A stretch of 64,000 bases of DNA from Syntrophorhabdaceae bacterium (GTDB lineage: Bacteria > Desulfobacterota > Syntrophorhabdia > Syntrophorhabdales > Syntrophorhabdaceae). The notes under the pieces were generated by a model. It saw only the letters and a list, made by a program, of their open reading frames with translations. It was not told where the DNA came from and searched no databases. Below, in pieces: positions 17,984 to 27,588 of the stretch. Every line of letters begins with the position of its first letter. Position 1 is the first letter of the stretch. A program made the position numbers and the translations under genes. The stretch is taken from contig OY762209.1 of NCBI GenBank assembly GCA_963665295.1, forward strand, positions 3,040,001 through 3,104,000, read 5' to 3'.

Positions 17984-18731
17984 GCCTTTGCGGGTCGACT
18001 TCCTCCGTCAGAATGCGAAGCTCCTCGGCTGACGGCGGAGCCGCTTCCACCGCCCTCGACACGTCCAGGGGGAAGCCGGTGTTCTCGATTATCCTGTCGA
18101 TCGACACCCCGGGATAATATTCCGCGAGATAGGCCTCCCGCGTCGTCTCGTCAAACTTCAGCACCGCGAGGTTGGTGACGACAGCGAGGGTCCCGCCCCG
18201 GGTAAGGCCGAGTGTGCGCCGTGAGTCGCCCCCTTCGTGCCAGCCCAGGCTGGTACGGTAATCGAGCTTCTCCACGAATCTCCTCTTCTGGTGCTGCATA
18301 AAGGTGATGACCCCGGAGGCGAAGGTTGCCACGTCGCACGCGCCCCCGCTTCCCGAGAACCGTGTTTTCGGCCGGTGGTAATCGCCGATGCACGTGGTGT
18401 TCAGGTTTCCATACCTGTCGATCTGGGCGGCCCCGAGAAGGGCGATGGTATGGAGCCGCCGGTGCCCTGCGATGGAGAAAGCCTCGATCAGGCCCGAATT
18501 CAAAGCGGTCCCGCTCATGACCCTCGAATCCGCGACAGCCATGGGGATTTCGTCGAGAGAGGGATCGATCCCGCCCGTTTCGAAGAAGACCACCGCCTTG
18601 GGCGCGTAAATCCTTTTGGCCACGGTGGCCGCGAGCATGGATACCCCCGTTCCCGCAAAAAGTATATCGCCGTTTCGCGTAAACCTTCCCGCGCTGATCG
18701 CCATCATCTCGTTGTCCGTATAATCGGCCAT
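17973..18731 (-). CDS. Family I CoA-transferase beta subunit (glutaconate CoA-transferase GctB-like)
   Basis: FAGTG, FFETG (catalytic Glu position), GAAQIDRYGNLNTT, SGSGGACD and RRFVEKLDY. Start at ATG 18731 after GGAGG. Confidence 0.88.
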   Translation of the reverse strand: MADYTDNEMMAISAGRFTRNGDILFAGTGVSMLAATVAKRIYAPKAVVFFETGGIDPSLDEIPMAVADSRVMSGTALNSGLIEAFSIAGHRRLHTIALLGAAQIDRYGNLNTTCIGDYHRPKTRFSGSGGACDVATFASGVITFMQHQKRRFVEKLDYRTSLGWHEGGDSRRTLGLTRGGTLAVVTNLAVLKFDETTREAYLAEYYPGVSIDRIIENTGFPLDVSRAVEAAPPSAEELRILTEEVDPQRLML

Positions 18732-18742
18732 GGTATTCCTCC

Positions 18743-19720
18743 TCATTTTCTGTCAAGGCCGGGGGTGTAGCCGAGGACGCTGTCTGCCTTGATCGTGACG
18801 AGCGTCGCACCACCTATCTTATCGAGATATGCCTGGTGGGACGGTACGCCATATACCCACTCATCAAGATAATCCCTGAAAAGGGCGTCATCCTCCGCCA
18901 CCTTCTTATAGAGATTGAGGTGCGCCGCGTCGTAGTCGTAGAACGCGTAGCACGCGGTGGGGTGCGCGCCGTAGGGAACCTGCACGACGGCATCGATAAA
19001 GAAGGCGGGAAGCGAGTTCTGGTCGGGGTCCTGCCTTATGAAGGAGCGGGGCACAATCTCCTCGCAAGTGACAATGACTGCGTCCGCGGACTTGGCCTGC
19101 TCGATATCCGCAAAGGTGAGTCCCTTCATCCGGACCGTGCCGTCTTCTCCCACGTACTGGGCATGAATGAGGGCTACATCCGGGTTGAGGGCGGGGAGCA
19201 GCACAAACTTGTCGTCCTTATCGGTAAAAGGGTTTTGCATGAAGGCATATTTCTTCGGGGCAACCTTCCGCCCGGTCCTCGTCTCCGGAGAAAAACCTTC
19301 AAGTGTGATGAGGTCGGTTCCGAGGCCCGACTTGGTGGGCATGAAGGGGATGTTCAGCGCCCCTGCAAGGAACCTCAGGCTCATCTGGTAGTTCGAGTAG
19401 TCCTCAAACTCGATCCTGCCCTCCTGGATCGCCTTTTTGAATCGTACGCATGTAGGCGCGAACCTTCCGTTGCCTCCGTAAGCGATCTCGACCCTCCCCA
19501 CACAGCCGGCCCCGATCAGCACGTCGAGGGCCTGGCCATGGGAATGGCATACCAGGTGGATGTCCTTTATCCTTTGCCTCACTATCTCGTAGGCGACGGC
19601 CATAGGGTTTCTTGCAATGGTGAATCCCCCTATCGCTATCTGGCTTCCGTCTTTGATAAATCTCCTGACAGCTTCACTGAGGGTCATAAGCTTGTCTTCA
19701 ATTTCGGGGTATTTCTTCAT
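18743..19720 (-). CDS. Family I CoA-transferase alpha subunit (GctA-like)
   Basis: KLMTLSEAV, IAIGGF, PFMPTKSGLGTD, PDVALIHAQ and PYGAHPT. Confidence 0.9.
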   Translation of the reverse strand: MKKYPEIEDKLMTLSEAVRRFIKDGSQIAIGGFTIARNPMAVAYEIVRQRIKDIHLVCHSHGQALDVLIGAGCVGRVEIAYGGNGRFAPTCVRFKKAIQEGRIEFEDYSNYQMSLRFLAGALNIPFMPTKSGLGTDLITLEGFSPETRTGRKVAPKKYAFMQNPFTDKDDKFVLLPALNPDVALIHAQYVGEDGTVRMKGLTFADIEQAKSADAVIVTCEEIVPRSFIRQDPDQNSLPAFFIDAVVQVPYGAHPTACYAFYDYDAAHLNLYKKVAEDDALFRDYLDEWVYGVPSHQAYLDKIGGATLVTIKADSVLGYTPGLDRK

Positions 19721-19817
19721 TTGTTACGCTCCTGTTCCTTAAGGGCCGGCGCTCCGCCGGTCCCGGTGAGACGGGTTCCGGCGGGAACGCACGGCTTGAG
19801 CTGTCCGTGGCTCGATA

Positions 19818-21806
19818 TTATGTTGCGGGGGCTACGGCGCCGCTGCTTCCCTTCCTCAACACCTTCTGGGAGAGAAGCAGGAAGGCGAGGCAGACAAAGC
19901 CGATCACGTCCCCTATTGTATGGGGGTAGACAAAGGCAAGGGCCCCCACGATTGCGACAATCCGTTCCAGAAGGTTTTCCCTTTTCAGCAACCATGCCGA
20001 ACAACCCGAGGCGAGCATGCCGATACCGAGGAAAGCAGTGAATATGGTCCATAATCCCGCGACCGCCCCGATCCCTTCCCAGTGGAGGAGAAGCGCTCTG
20101 CCTCCGGGCAGGAGCACGAACACGAAGGGCAGGAGAAACGCCGTTACCGCGTATTTCCACGCCATGAAGGTCGTTTTGTACGGGTCGCCGCCCGTGATCG
20201 CCGCGGCGGCAAAGGGTGACAGGGCGGTGGGGGGCGAGACCTCCGACAGGAGGGCATAGTAGAAAATAAACATGTGGGCAGCATAATCCGGGACCCCGAG
20301 CTTTGTCAAGGCAGGGGCTACAATGACCGCCGCGATAATGTAGGTGGCGGTTATGGGCACTGCGAGTCCGATGACCCAGAGGATGATGCCTGCAAAAATG
20401 GCGGTGAAGAGCAGGCTCCCCCCCGCGTAGCCGATGATGATTGTGGAGAGCTTGAGACCGAGGCCGGTAAGGCTTACCGTCCCGACGATGATGCCTGCCG
20501 CCGCGCATATGGCGGCCACGTTGAGCACGGTGATGGACCCTTCCTTCAGGGCGGTAATGAGTTTTGACAAGGTAAAACGGGTCTCCTTTCTTACAAAGGA
20601 GGCGAGGAAGCACGTGATGATCGCCGCGAGCACGGAGACTTGCGGTGTATACCCTTTCACCAGGAAGACCACAATGGCGATGAGGGGCAGAAACTGGAAG
20701 CCGTTCAGCTTGGTCAATTGCCACAGGGTGTGTTTCTTCTCGATCTGCACGGCCTTGAGCCCGAATTTCTTGGCGTCGAACTCGACCATGAGGAGGAGGC
20801 CCCAGTAATAAAGGGCAGCAGGGATGGTGGCAAGGAAGATGACGTCAACGTAACTTATCTTCAGGAATTCCGCGATGAGGAATGCGGCAGCCCCCATGAC
20901 CGGGGGCGTCGTGATGGCGCCCATGCCCCCCGCGGCGAGAAAGCCGCCGGCATTGCTCTTGTCGTAGCCTGCCTTCTGGAGCATCGGGTAAGCTACGGAG
21001 CCGATGGCCACGGTATTGGCCACGCCGGAACCGGATGCCATGGCCAGAAGATAGGACGTGGCGACTACGGCCCGGCCCGCGGCGGTCGGTTTTCTCCCCA
21101 TGGCGGTAAAGGCGAAATCGACGAAGAATTTTCCCGCCCCCGAAACGGAGAGGAAACCGCCGAATATGCAGAACATAATGATGATGGTGGAGGACACGTC
21201 AATGGGCACTCCGAAAATACCCTCGAGGGTCATGTACATGTGACCGATAATACGCTCCACATCGTACCCCCTGTGTGTCCACGGGGCGGGCAGGAGAGCT
21301 CCGAAATATGCATAGGCGAGGAAGATGAGACACGTGACGGGCATGATCCAGCCGGAACTTCTTCTTGTCGCCTCGAGTACAAGGACGATAAAGACGATCC
21401 CCAGGATCTTGTCCCAGAGTTCCGGGGTCACGGCCCGGTAGATAAAGTCCTCGAAATCGATAAGCATATAGGCAATGCAGGCAATGGCTAAAAGGGCCAG
21501 GAATATGTCGAAGATGTTGATCTTTCCCTTGAACCGTTTTGCCATGGGATAGTAAAGAAAGGAGAGGGTGAGGAGAAACGCGACATGAACGCCCCTCAAT
21601 ATCTGGGTCGTTACCGGGAATATGGAGGAATAGATGGCAAAGAGCGACATTGCCACCGCCAGTATGGTGATGACGGAACTCCAAAAGCCCGTCACCTTTC
21701 TCGTAACGCCTTCTTCTTCCTCTATGAGTTGCTCGATCTTCTTTTTTTGTTCTTCTGAAAGCTGCTCAGCGGCGTTGTCGACCGCATTGACCCCTTTTTC
21801 TTCCAT
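19818..21806 (-). CDS. TRAP transporter fused 4TM/12TM permease (TAXI type)
   Basis: EGIFGVP, ASGSGVAN, TPPVMGAAAF and HMFIFYYALLSEVSPP motifs, with many transmembrane segments. Confidence 0.93.
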   Translation of the reverse strand: MEEKGVNAVDNAAEQLSEEQKKKIEQLIEEEEGVTRKVTGFWSSVITILAVAMSLFAIYSSIFPVTTQILRGVHVAFLLTLSFLYYPMAKRFKGKINIFDIFLALLAIACIAYMLIDFEDFIYRAVTPELWDKILGIVFIVLVLEATRRSSGWIMPVTCLIFLAYAYFGALLPAPWTHRGYDVERIIGHMYMTLEGIFGVPIDVSSTIIIMFCIFGGFLSVSGAGKFFVDFAFTAMGRKPTAAGRAVVATSYLLAMASGSGVANTVAIGSVAYPMLQKAGYDKSNAGGFLAAGGMGAITTPPVMGAAAFLIAEFLKISYVDVIFLATIPAALYYWGLLLMVEFDAKKFGLKAVQIEKKHTLWQLTKLNGFQFLPLIAIVVFLVKGYTPQVSVLAAIITCFLASFVRKETRFTLSKLITALKEGSITVLNVAAICAAAGIIVGTVSLTGLGLKLSTIIIGYAGGSLLFTAIFAGIILWVIGLAVPITATYIIAAVIVAPALTKLGVPDYAAHMFIFYYALLSEVSPPTALSPFAAAAITGGDPYKTTFMAWKYAVTAFLLPFVFVLLPGGRALLLHWEGIGAVAGLWTIFTAFLGIGMLASGCSAWLLKRENLLERIVAIVGALAFVYPHTIGDVIGFVCLAFLLLSQKVLRKGSSGAVAPAT

Positions 21807-21919
21807 TGTTGCCTCCCGGAGATATTTTCCAAAATACAGGGAGAAGACTCTCGTTCACGGCCCGCGAACTGTCGAGGGTTCCTCCTTCGCTCTCTCAACA
21901 ACGAAAAAACAGGTTACCC

Positions 21920-22918
21920 TTATACAAAGACGTTTATTCCTTTTTCCTTGAAGAACTTCGCCGCCCCCCTGTGATAGGGCACGAACCTGTTCGACCCTCC
22001 TTCCTTGAGGGTAATGTTGTTCGCTTCCTTGTGAATGGCGGCCAGATCCTTCAAATGGTCGAATATGGTCTTTACGATGATGTACGCGAGTTGTTCGTCC
22101 ATGTCCTGGTGACACATGAGGAGGTTGCCTACGGCCGATACGGGCGTATCCGCATCCACCCCTGTGTATATCTTCTTCGGGATTACCGACTTGTAATAGA
22201 TGGGACCGTATTTTGCATTCATCTTATCCACAAGCTCGGCGTGGGGAATAAGTACCATCTTTACCCCCGGTGAGGCGGCTACATCGAGAACCGACGACGT
22301 AGGGACGCCGCCGGACCAGAAATAGGCATCTATTTTGCCGTCCTTAAGCGCACCACCGGATTCTGAAGCACCCAGACGGTCCTTTTTTATGTCCTTGTCG
22401 GGATTGAGGCCCGCTGCTTCGAGTATCCTGATGGCAATGACCTCGGTGCCGCTTCCCGGGGCGCCGGTGGAAACCCTTTTCCCTTTCAGGTCGCTTACCT
22501 TCTTTATTCCCTTTCCCTCGAGGGTCACCACGTGGTTCATGTGGGGGTATAAAACGGCAAGGGTTCTTAAAGGTATGGGCTTCTTGAAGATGGCCTGTCC
22601 CTTGTATGCATCGTAACCCGTGTCGGCAATAACCAGCCCCATGTCCGATTTCTTCGCGCCGAGGAGCTTGCAGTTATCCACCGACGCGGCGGTAACCTCT
22701 GCCGTGGCTTCGACCCCGGCATACTTGGTAAGGAGGCTCGCGATCCCTCCTCCGATCACGAAATAGACTCCGCCCATGCCGCCCGTGGCGATGGACACCC
22801 TCTTTCTGGCTTGCCCAAAGACATCCAGCGGGCCAAGAAGCACCGCACCGCCTGCGACAGTAACGAGTTTAAGAAAATCCCGGCGACCAATCCTCCTGTA
22901 ACCTTCGTCATTCTTCAT
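21920..22918 (-). CDS. TAXI-family TRAP substrate-binding protein with Tat signal
   Basis: RRDFLK twin-arginine motif, IATGGMGGVYF, DLKGKRVSTGAPGSGTE and PYHRGAAKFFKE. Confidence 0.93.
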   Translation of the reverse strand: MKNDEGYRRIGRRDFLKLVTVAGGAVLLGPLDVFGQARKRVSIATGGMGGVYFVIGGGIASLLTKYAGVEATAEVTAASVDNCKLLGAKKSDMGLVIADTGYDAYKGQAIFKKPIPLRTLAVLYPHMNHVVTLEGKGIKKVSDLKGKRVSTGAPGSGTEVIAIRILEAAGLNPDKDIKKDRLGASESGGALKDGKIDAYFWSGGVPTSSVLDVAASPGVKMVLIPHAELVDKMNAKYGPIYYKSVIPKKIYTGVDADTPVSAVGNLLMCHQDMDEQLAYIIVKTIFDHLKDLAAIHKEANNITLKEGGSNRFVPYHRGAAKFFKEKGINVFV

Positions 22919-23120
22919 TTTTGCAGCCCTCCCTCGATTAATCTTTGTGACTTCACGAACATGGTGGTTCCATTACAACTGATAGTACCCTCCCTGATCA
23001 GAAATGCGTCGCTCCCGGGCAGTGCCGTGTAAACCTGCCTCGTGCGGCACACCAACTATCGTCCCCCTTCCGGCCTTTAATCCGGTCACCCCCTCTCTGC
23101 TCCAAAAGTATGGAGCAGAT

Positions 23121-23930
23121 TCATCGCAACACCCTGTCTCTCCCCCCGTCGCAGGGGCAGCCCAAAGCCAGCGATATCCGCTCGGCAGTCGCTTTCAGCG
23201 CGGGTGCGATTTCCTTTTCGATGCGTTCCATACTGATGGTGGGTTCTGCTCCCGAGACATTGACGGCGGCAACGGTCTTCATGCTGCTGTCGCGGATGGG
23301 GGCCGCCACAGCCTTGAGTCCCACCGCAAGCTCCCCGTCGCAGACTGCATAGCCATTATTCCGGACCTTCGCAAGTTCGGCGAGAAGGGCTTCCCGGTCA
23401 GCGATCGTGAAGGACGTACATTTAATAAAATCCATGCCTTCCAATAGATCCTGAAGGTCGTCCGGAGGGAGTCCGGCGAGGAGGACCTTGCCCAGGGAAG
23501 TGGAGTGAGCGGGCAGGCGCGACCCTATATCCAGTACAACTCCGACTATGGCCCGGTTCCGGACCCTGTCGATGTATACCATGTTGGTCCCATCCAGGAT
23601 GGCGAGGCTGACGGTCTCCTCCATTTCCTGGGCAAGGCGTTCGAGGTAAGGCCGGGCAACCTGGCGGACTTCAAGGCTGTTGATAGCCCTGAAGCCAAGC
23701 TGAAGGACCTTGATGGCGGGTTGGTAACGGCGCGTCACCGGATCGTGGTCGAGGTAGCCTTTTGTTTCTAACGTGGAGAGGACCCGGAAGACGGTGCTCT
23801 TGTTCGAGCGAAGAGCCTCGACGATCTCGGTCAGGGTCAGGGAAGGGCGCTCGAAGGTGAAAAGCTCGAGTACCTCCAGACCCCTTGACAATGCTTCAAT
23901 ATTATATCGCGACTCTCGTCGTGGTGTCAT
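23121..23930 (-). CDS. IclR-family transcriptional regulator
   Basis: ALSRGLEVL, KSTVFRVLSTL HTH, GSRLPAHSTSLGKVLLA and AVAAPI. Confidence 0.95.
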   Translation of the reverse strand: MTPRRESRYNIEALSRGLEVLELFTFERPSLTLTEIVEALRSNKSTVFRVLSTLETKGYLDHDPVTRRYQPAIKVLQLGFRAINSLEVRQVARPYLERLAQEMEETVSLAILDGTNMVYIDRVRNRAIVGVVLDIGSRLPAHSTSLGKVLLAGLPPDDLQDLLEGMDFIKCTSFTIADREALLAELAKVRNNGYAVCDGELAVGLKAVAAPIRDSSMKTVAAVNVSGAEPTISMERIEKEIAPALKATAERISLALGCPCDGGRDRVLR

Positions 23931-24005
23931 CTATTGAAACTTGGTTTTTCGTAGTGATACTTCTGTTATTTCATGGGTACATTTTTTTGTCAAGAGGTAT
24001 TTGAG

Positions 24006-24049
24006 ATATAGAAATTCCACGCACAGAAATTCTCTATATAGAATTTCTG
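24006..24049. promoter_or_regulatory. Putative IclR operator (inverted repeat plus extra half-site)
   Basis: CAGAAATTCT-N6-AGAATTTCTG at 24024-24049, plus ATATAGAAATT at 24006-24016. A minus-strand TTGACA lies at 23993-23988. Confidence 0.55.
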
Positions 24050-24091
24050 CAAGCTCAAGTAATAATAGGGAAAGTGGGTGCTATACCGTGG

Positions 24092-25201
24092 TCAGAGAGC
24101 CTTATGCCACGGCTTCCAGGGCATCTTGAAGGCCGACGCAACCGCTTCATAGGTGAGCGTGCCCCGGGCGCAGTTGATCCCAAGGGAGAGGGCTTTATCT
24201 TCCTCTGCCGCCTTCTTGATGCCCTTGCCGGCAATGGCCCTGACATAAGGAAGGGTAGCGTTGGTCAACGCATATGTGGAGGTTCTCGGCACTCCGGCGG
24301 GGATATTGGGGACCCCGTAATGAATTACATCGTAAAGCCGGTATACGGGTTCCCTATGAGTGGTCGGTCTGGTGGTCTCTACCGAGCCGCCCTGATCTAC
24401 GGACACATCTATTATGACCGAACCCGGCTTCATCCTGGTTACCATTGTCTCTGTCACGAGAACAGGAGCCCGGGCGCCGGCCAGCAGCACTGCGCCGATC
24501 ACCACGTCCGCATAGCTCACGGCACGCTGGACGGTATAGGGGTTTGAATAGACGGTGATTACATTCCCGTGGAGGATGTCATCGATGTATTTGAGTCTGT
24601 CATGATTGATGTCGAGGATCGTCACGTGGGCGCCGAGACCGACCGCGATCTTTGCCGCGTTGAGTCCTACCACGCCACACCCGAGGATCACCACATCGGC
24701 AGGGGGCACACCGGGTACCCCGCTCAAGAGGACCCCCCTTCCGCCGTGATCGGTTTCGAGAAACCTCATTGCCACCTGGACCGACATCCTTCCCGCCACC
24801 TCGCTCATAGGCACGAGCAGGGGCAGGCGACCCTCCCTGTCCTCAACTGTCTCATATGCTACCCCGGTGACTTCTCTTTCGAGAAGCGCCCTGGTCAGTT
24901 TTTCGGAGGATGCGAGGTGAAGGTAGGTGAAAAGGATCTGTCCTTCATGGAAAAAGCGCCATTCGGACTCGAGGGGTTCCTTGACCTTCACAATCAAGCC
25001 GGCCTTCTTGAATATTTCTTCCCGCCCGGTGATTTCCGCGCCCTGGTGGGCGTACTCCAGGTCGTTAAGTCCGCTCCCTTCGCCCGCCCCGGTCTCCACG
25101 AGGACCGTGTGGCCGTCGGTTACAAGGGTATGGGCCCCCGCGGGTGTGAGAGAGACTCTGTTTTCGCCTTCCTTGATCTCCTTAAGAACGCCGATGATCA
25201 T
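24092..25201 (-). CDS. ald: Alanine dehydrogenase
   Basis: [45 protein letters not shown] and [16 protein letters not shown]. The start at 25201 overlaps the upstream stop (TAATG). Confidence 0.95.
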   Translation of the reverse strand: MIIGVLKEIKEGENRVSLTPAGAHTLVTDGHTVLVETGAGEGSGLNDLEYAHQGAEITGREEIFKKAGLIVKVKEPLESEWRFFHEGQILFTYLHLASSEKLTRALLEREVTGVAYETVEDREGRLPLLVPMSEVAGRMSVQVAMRFLETDHGGRGVLLSGVPGVPPADVVILGCGVVGLNAAKIAVGLGAHVTILDINHDRLKYIDDILHGNVITVYSNPYTVQRAVSYADVVIGAVLLAGARAPVLVTETMVTRMKPGSVIIDVSVDQGGSVETTRPTTHREPVYRLYDVIHYGVPNIPAGVPRTSTYALTNATLPYVRAIAGKGIKKAAEEDKALSLGINCARGTLTYEAVASAFKMPWKPWHKAL

Positions 25202-25725
25202 TATTTTTTTCCTCCATCTTTCATTGTAAAACGCCATGTGCAGAAAGTCTCTTCAGGATGCGGGTCCGGCGGAGCAAAGAGACACTCCACATGGATGCCC
25301 GGATCGATTTCATGGGCGAAGCTTTCGAATTCGCCTTTATGCATATATTTACATACGAATTCCCCGAGGCCCTTCCGGAGGCGCGCCTCCTGGGTGGGAC
25401 AATGGGGGACGGTGATTATCACCTCATTTTCCTTTTCTTCAATTTCGTATCCCACGAGGATAGTCCAGGGGAATAATCGCAGAGCCTTCACGAAACCCGG
25501 GAGCCCTCTTTCTTCGATTTGGAACCTGGACAGGAAATCCTTCGCCGCCATCTGCGGCACCCGCGCCCATACCTTTTCGTTAAGACCTTCAGCCGTGGTC
25601 TGATCGAATTGTTCGGCTACATAGATGAACCAGAAGGCATCAACGACTCTGTAGTGCCACAGGAGAAATTCAACATAACTCTCTAAACGGGACCGCTCCA
25701 TTTCCCTGAAGACGTCAAGATCCAT
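25201..25725 (-). CDS. DUF6125-like (V4R/ATC-hydrolase-like) Cys-containing protein
   Basis: [19 protein letters not shown] and [23 protein letters not shown] pattern. Confidence 0.7.
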   Translation of the reverse strand: MDLDVFREMERSRLESYVEFLLWHYRVVDAFWFIYVAEQFDQTTAEGLNEKVWARVPQMAAKDFLSRFQIEERGLPGFVKALRLFPWTILVGYEIEEKENEVIITVPHCPTQEARLRKGLGEFVCKYMHKGEFESFAHEIDPGIHVECLFAPPDPHPEETFCTWRFTMKDGGKK

Positions 25726-25904
25726 AAATCCCCCTCACTCGGTTCGAAAAGCATATGCCGCGCTTCTCCTCTGTCGTGATCCGCCCTCAAAGCCGCCGCT
25801 ATGAGGCATATTCTATCACAGGGACGCTTTCTGTCAATCGAAGTTTGCCTCCCCGTGACACATAATGCGCACGCGCCGACCCTCGTCACCCGGGCCTTGC
25901 GTTT

Positions 25905-26378
25905 TCAGTCTCTTACCCAGCGGATCCGGACATATTTATTCGCATCACCATACTGAATCTCGAGGTTCCCCTTGTACGCGCTGTTAACGGCGTCGCCTAT
26001 TCTTCGCGCAAGATGTTCGTACGTGGTCAGTATCTCTACCCTACCCCCGGAATCGGTGATCTTCATGAGTCTGTCAAGGGGGCGGCGGGCCTTCTGGGCC
26101 CTCTCCGTGTTTCGTACAATGTTCATGATTTCCTCTTTGTGGTCGGCGAGAAACCGGCCTTCCAGGAAGACAATGCCGCCTTCGAAGTTGTCCTCTATTC
26201 TTCTGCACGCGGGGCAGATCATTTTTTCAGCGCCGGGAGGAAGTGTGTCGAGCCAGTCGAAGATGCCGTTGTGAAAGACCACGCGGCACTTTTCACAGAC
26301 TGAAGGATCACGCAGCTTTGTTTTGACAAAGTAGGGGTCGTGAACATACTCCTGGATCAACCTGTCCTTTCTTTCCAT
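25905..26378 (-). CDS. BCAM0308/NMD3-like zinc-binding protein
   Basis: DPY, VCEKC, ICPACRRIED, G and TTYEHLARRIG pattern. Confidence 0.7.
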   Translation of the reverse strand: MERKDRLIQEYVHDPYFVKTKLRDPSVCEKCRVVFHNGIFDWLDTLPPGAEKMICPACRRIEDNFEGGIVFLEGRFLADHKEEIMNIVRNTERAQKARRPLDRLMKITDSGGRVEILTTYEHLARRIGDAVNSAYKGNLEIQYGDANKYVRIRWVRD

Positions 26379-26511
26379 GAATTTACCTCCCGGATTTGTG
26401 GGTTGTGGGGTCTTTGCTCATAAGGATTAGAATAACTATAAGCATCGATTGTGGAAAATCCAGTCCTGCCGCAAGTATGGTGAAACGGGCGGGAGGGTGA
26501 GGTCCCGAAGA

Positions 26512-27519
26512 CTACTCGTCTTCTTCTTTGAGGACTCTTGTCTTGATTTCGCTCAAGCTGGCTTCCAGGCTTTTGTCTTCGTAGACGATCTGGTAGAGCT
26601 CATTGGTGATAGGCATTTCCACGCCTGATTTCCTGGCGAGGGTATAGGCAGCCTTGATGGTATAATAGCCTTCAACTACGGTCTTCTGGGTTTGAATAAT
26701 GTCACGAGGTTTTTTCCCTTTGGCCAGTTCAGTGCCGAACGCCCTGTTTCTGCTCAGGTTTCCGTAGGCGGTAAGGATCAGGTCACCCATGCCGGAGAGG
26801 CCCATGAAGGTCGTTTCTTTGGCGCCCAAGGCTTTTCCGAGGCGCTTTATCTCCGCGAGCGCCCTCGTGATGAATGCGGCCTGCGTGTTGGTGCCGAGCT
26901 TGAGCCCGTCTATGACGCCTGCCCCGATTGCCATCACATTCTTCATGGCTCCGCCCAGTTCCACGCCCGTGATATCTCCGGAGGTGTAGACCCTGAAGTT
27001 GTCGCCATGGATTGTTTTCTGCAAATAATGGGAAAGGTCCGCGTCCCTCGATGAGACGACCACGGACGTGAAAGCGCCTTGAGCCACCTCTTTTGCAAAG
27101 GAGGGGCCGGAGAGCACTGCGACGTGGCATGCAAACCCGACGGTTTCTTCCACCACCTCACTCATCCTGAGGAGCGTCTCCGCCTCGAAGCCCTTCGTGA
27201 GGATCAGTATGTTCTTCTGTTTCAACTCTTCTGAAACGGGGTTTAGGGTAGCCCGCGTGGCAAAGGAGGGCGTGGCGACAATGATGTCTGCCGCCGACCG
27301 GACAAGGGTCTCCAGGCTGTCGGTAAATTCGATATTGTCGGAGAGCGTGAAGGACGGGAGATAGAGACTGTTCTCCCTCCGTGTTTTCAATACCTCATAT
27401 AATGCCTTCTCGTACACCCAGAGAAGGACGCGGCTTCCTTTTCTCGCCAGGTGCATGGCAACTGCGGTTCCCCATGCCCCCGCGCCGATTATGCCTATAT
27501 CATGCCGGGTGGTGTCCAT
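26512..27519 (-). CDS. gpsA: NAD(P)H-dependent glycerol-3-phosphate dehydrogenase
   Basis: GAGAWGTA, SGPSFAKEV, GVELGGAMKNVMAI, GLSGMGDL and SRN. Confidence 0.96.
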   Translation of the reverse strand: MDTTRHDIGIIGAGAWGTAVAMHLARKGSRVLLWVYEKALYEVLKTRRENSLYLPSFTLSDNIEFTDSLETLVRSAADIIVATPSFATRATLNPVSEELKQKNILILTKGFEAETLLRMSEVVEETVGFACHVAVLSGPSFAKEVAQGAFTSVVVSSRDADLSHYLQKTIHGDNFRVYTSGDITGVELGGAMKNVMAIGAGVIDGLKLGTNTQAAFITRALAEIKRLGKALGAKETTFMGLSGMGDLILTAYGNLSRNRAFGTELAKGKKPRDIIQTQKTVVEGYYTIKAAYTLARKSGVEMPITNELYQIVYEDKSLEASLSEIKTRVLKEEDE

Positions 27520-27523
27520 TGCG

Positions 27524-27557
27524 TGTCTTCCCTGTCTTCCCTGTCTTCCCTGTCTTC
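27524..27557. repeat. 9-bp tandem repeat TGTCTTCCC (about 3.8 copies)
   Basis: Copies at 27524, 27533 and 27542, with a partial copy at 27551, immediately 5' of the gpsA start on the minus strand. Confidence 0.9.
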
Positions 27558-27588
27558 GTGCGTATATGCGTGTGCCGCGCCGACGGTA

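Noticed and set aside
19717..20724. 335-aa minus-strand His/Arg-rich ORF
   Set aside because: Alternative frame of the TRAP permease gene.
27524..27557. Possible CRISPR-like repeats
   Set aside because: Contiguous 9-mers without spacers, and no cas genes in the window.
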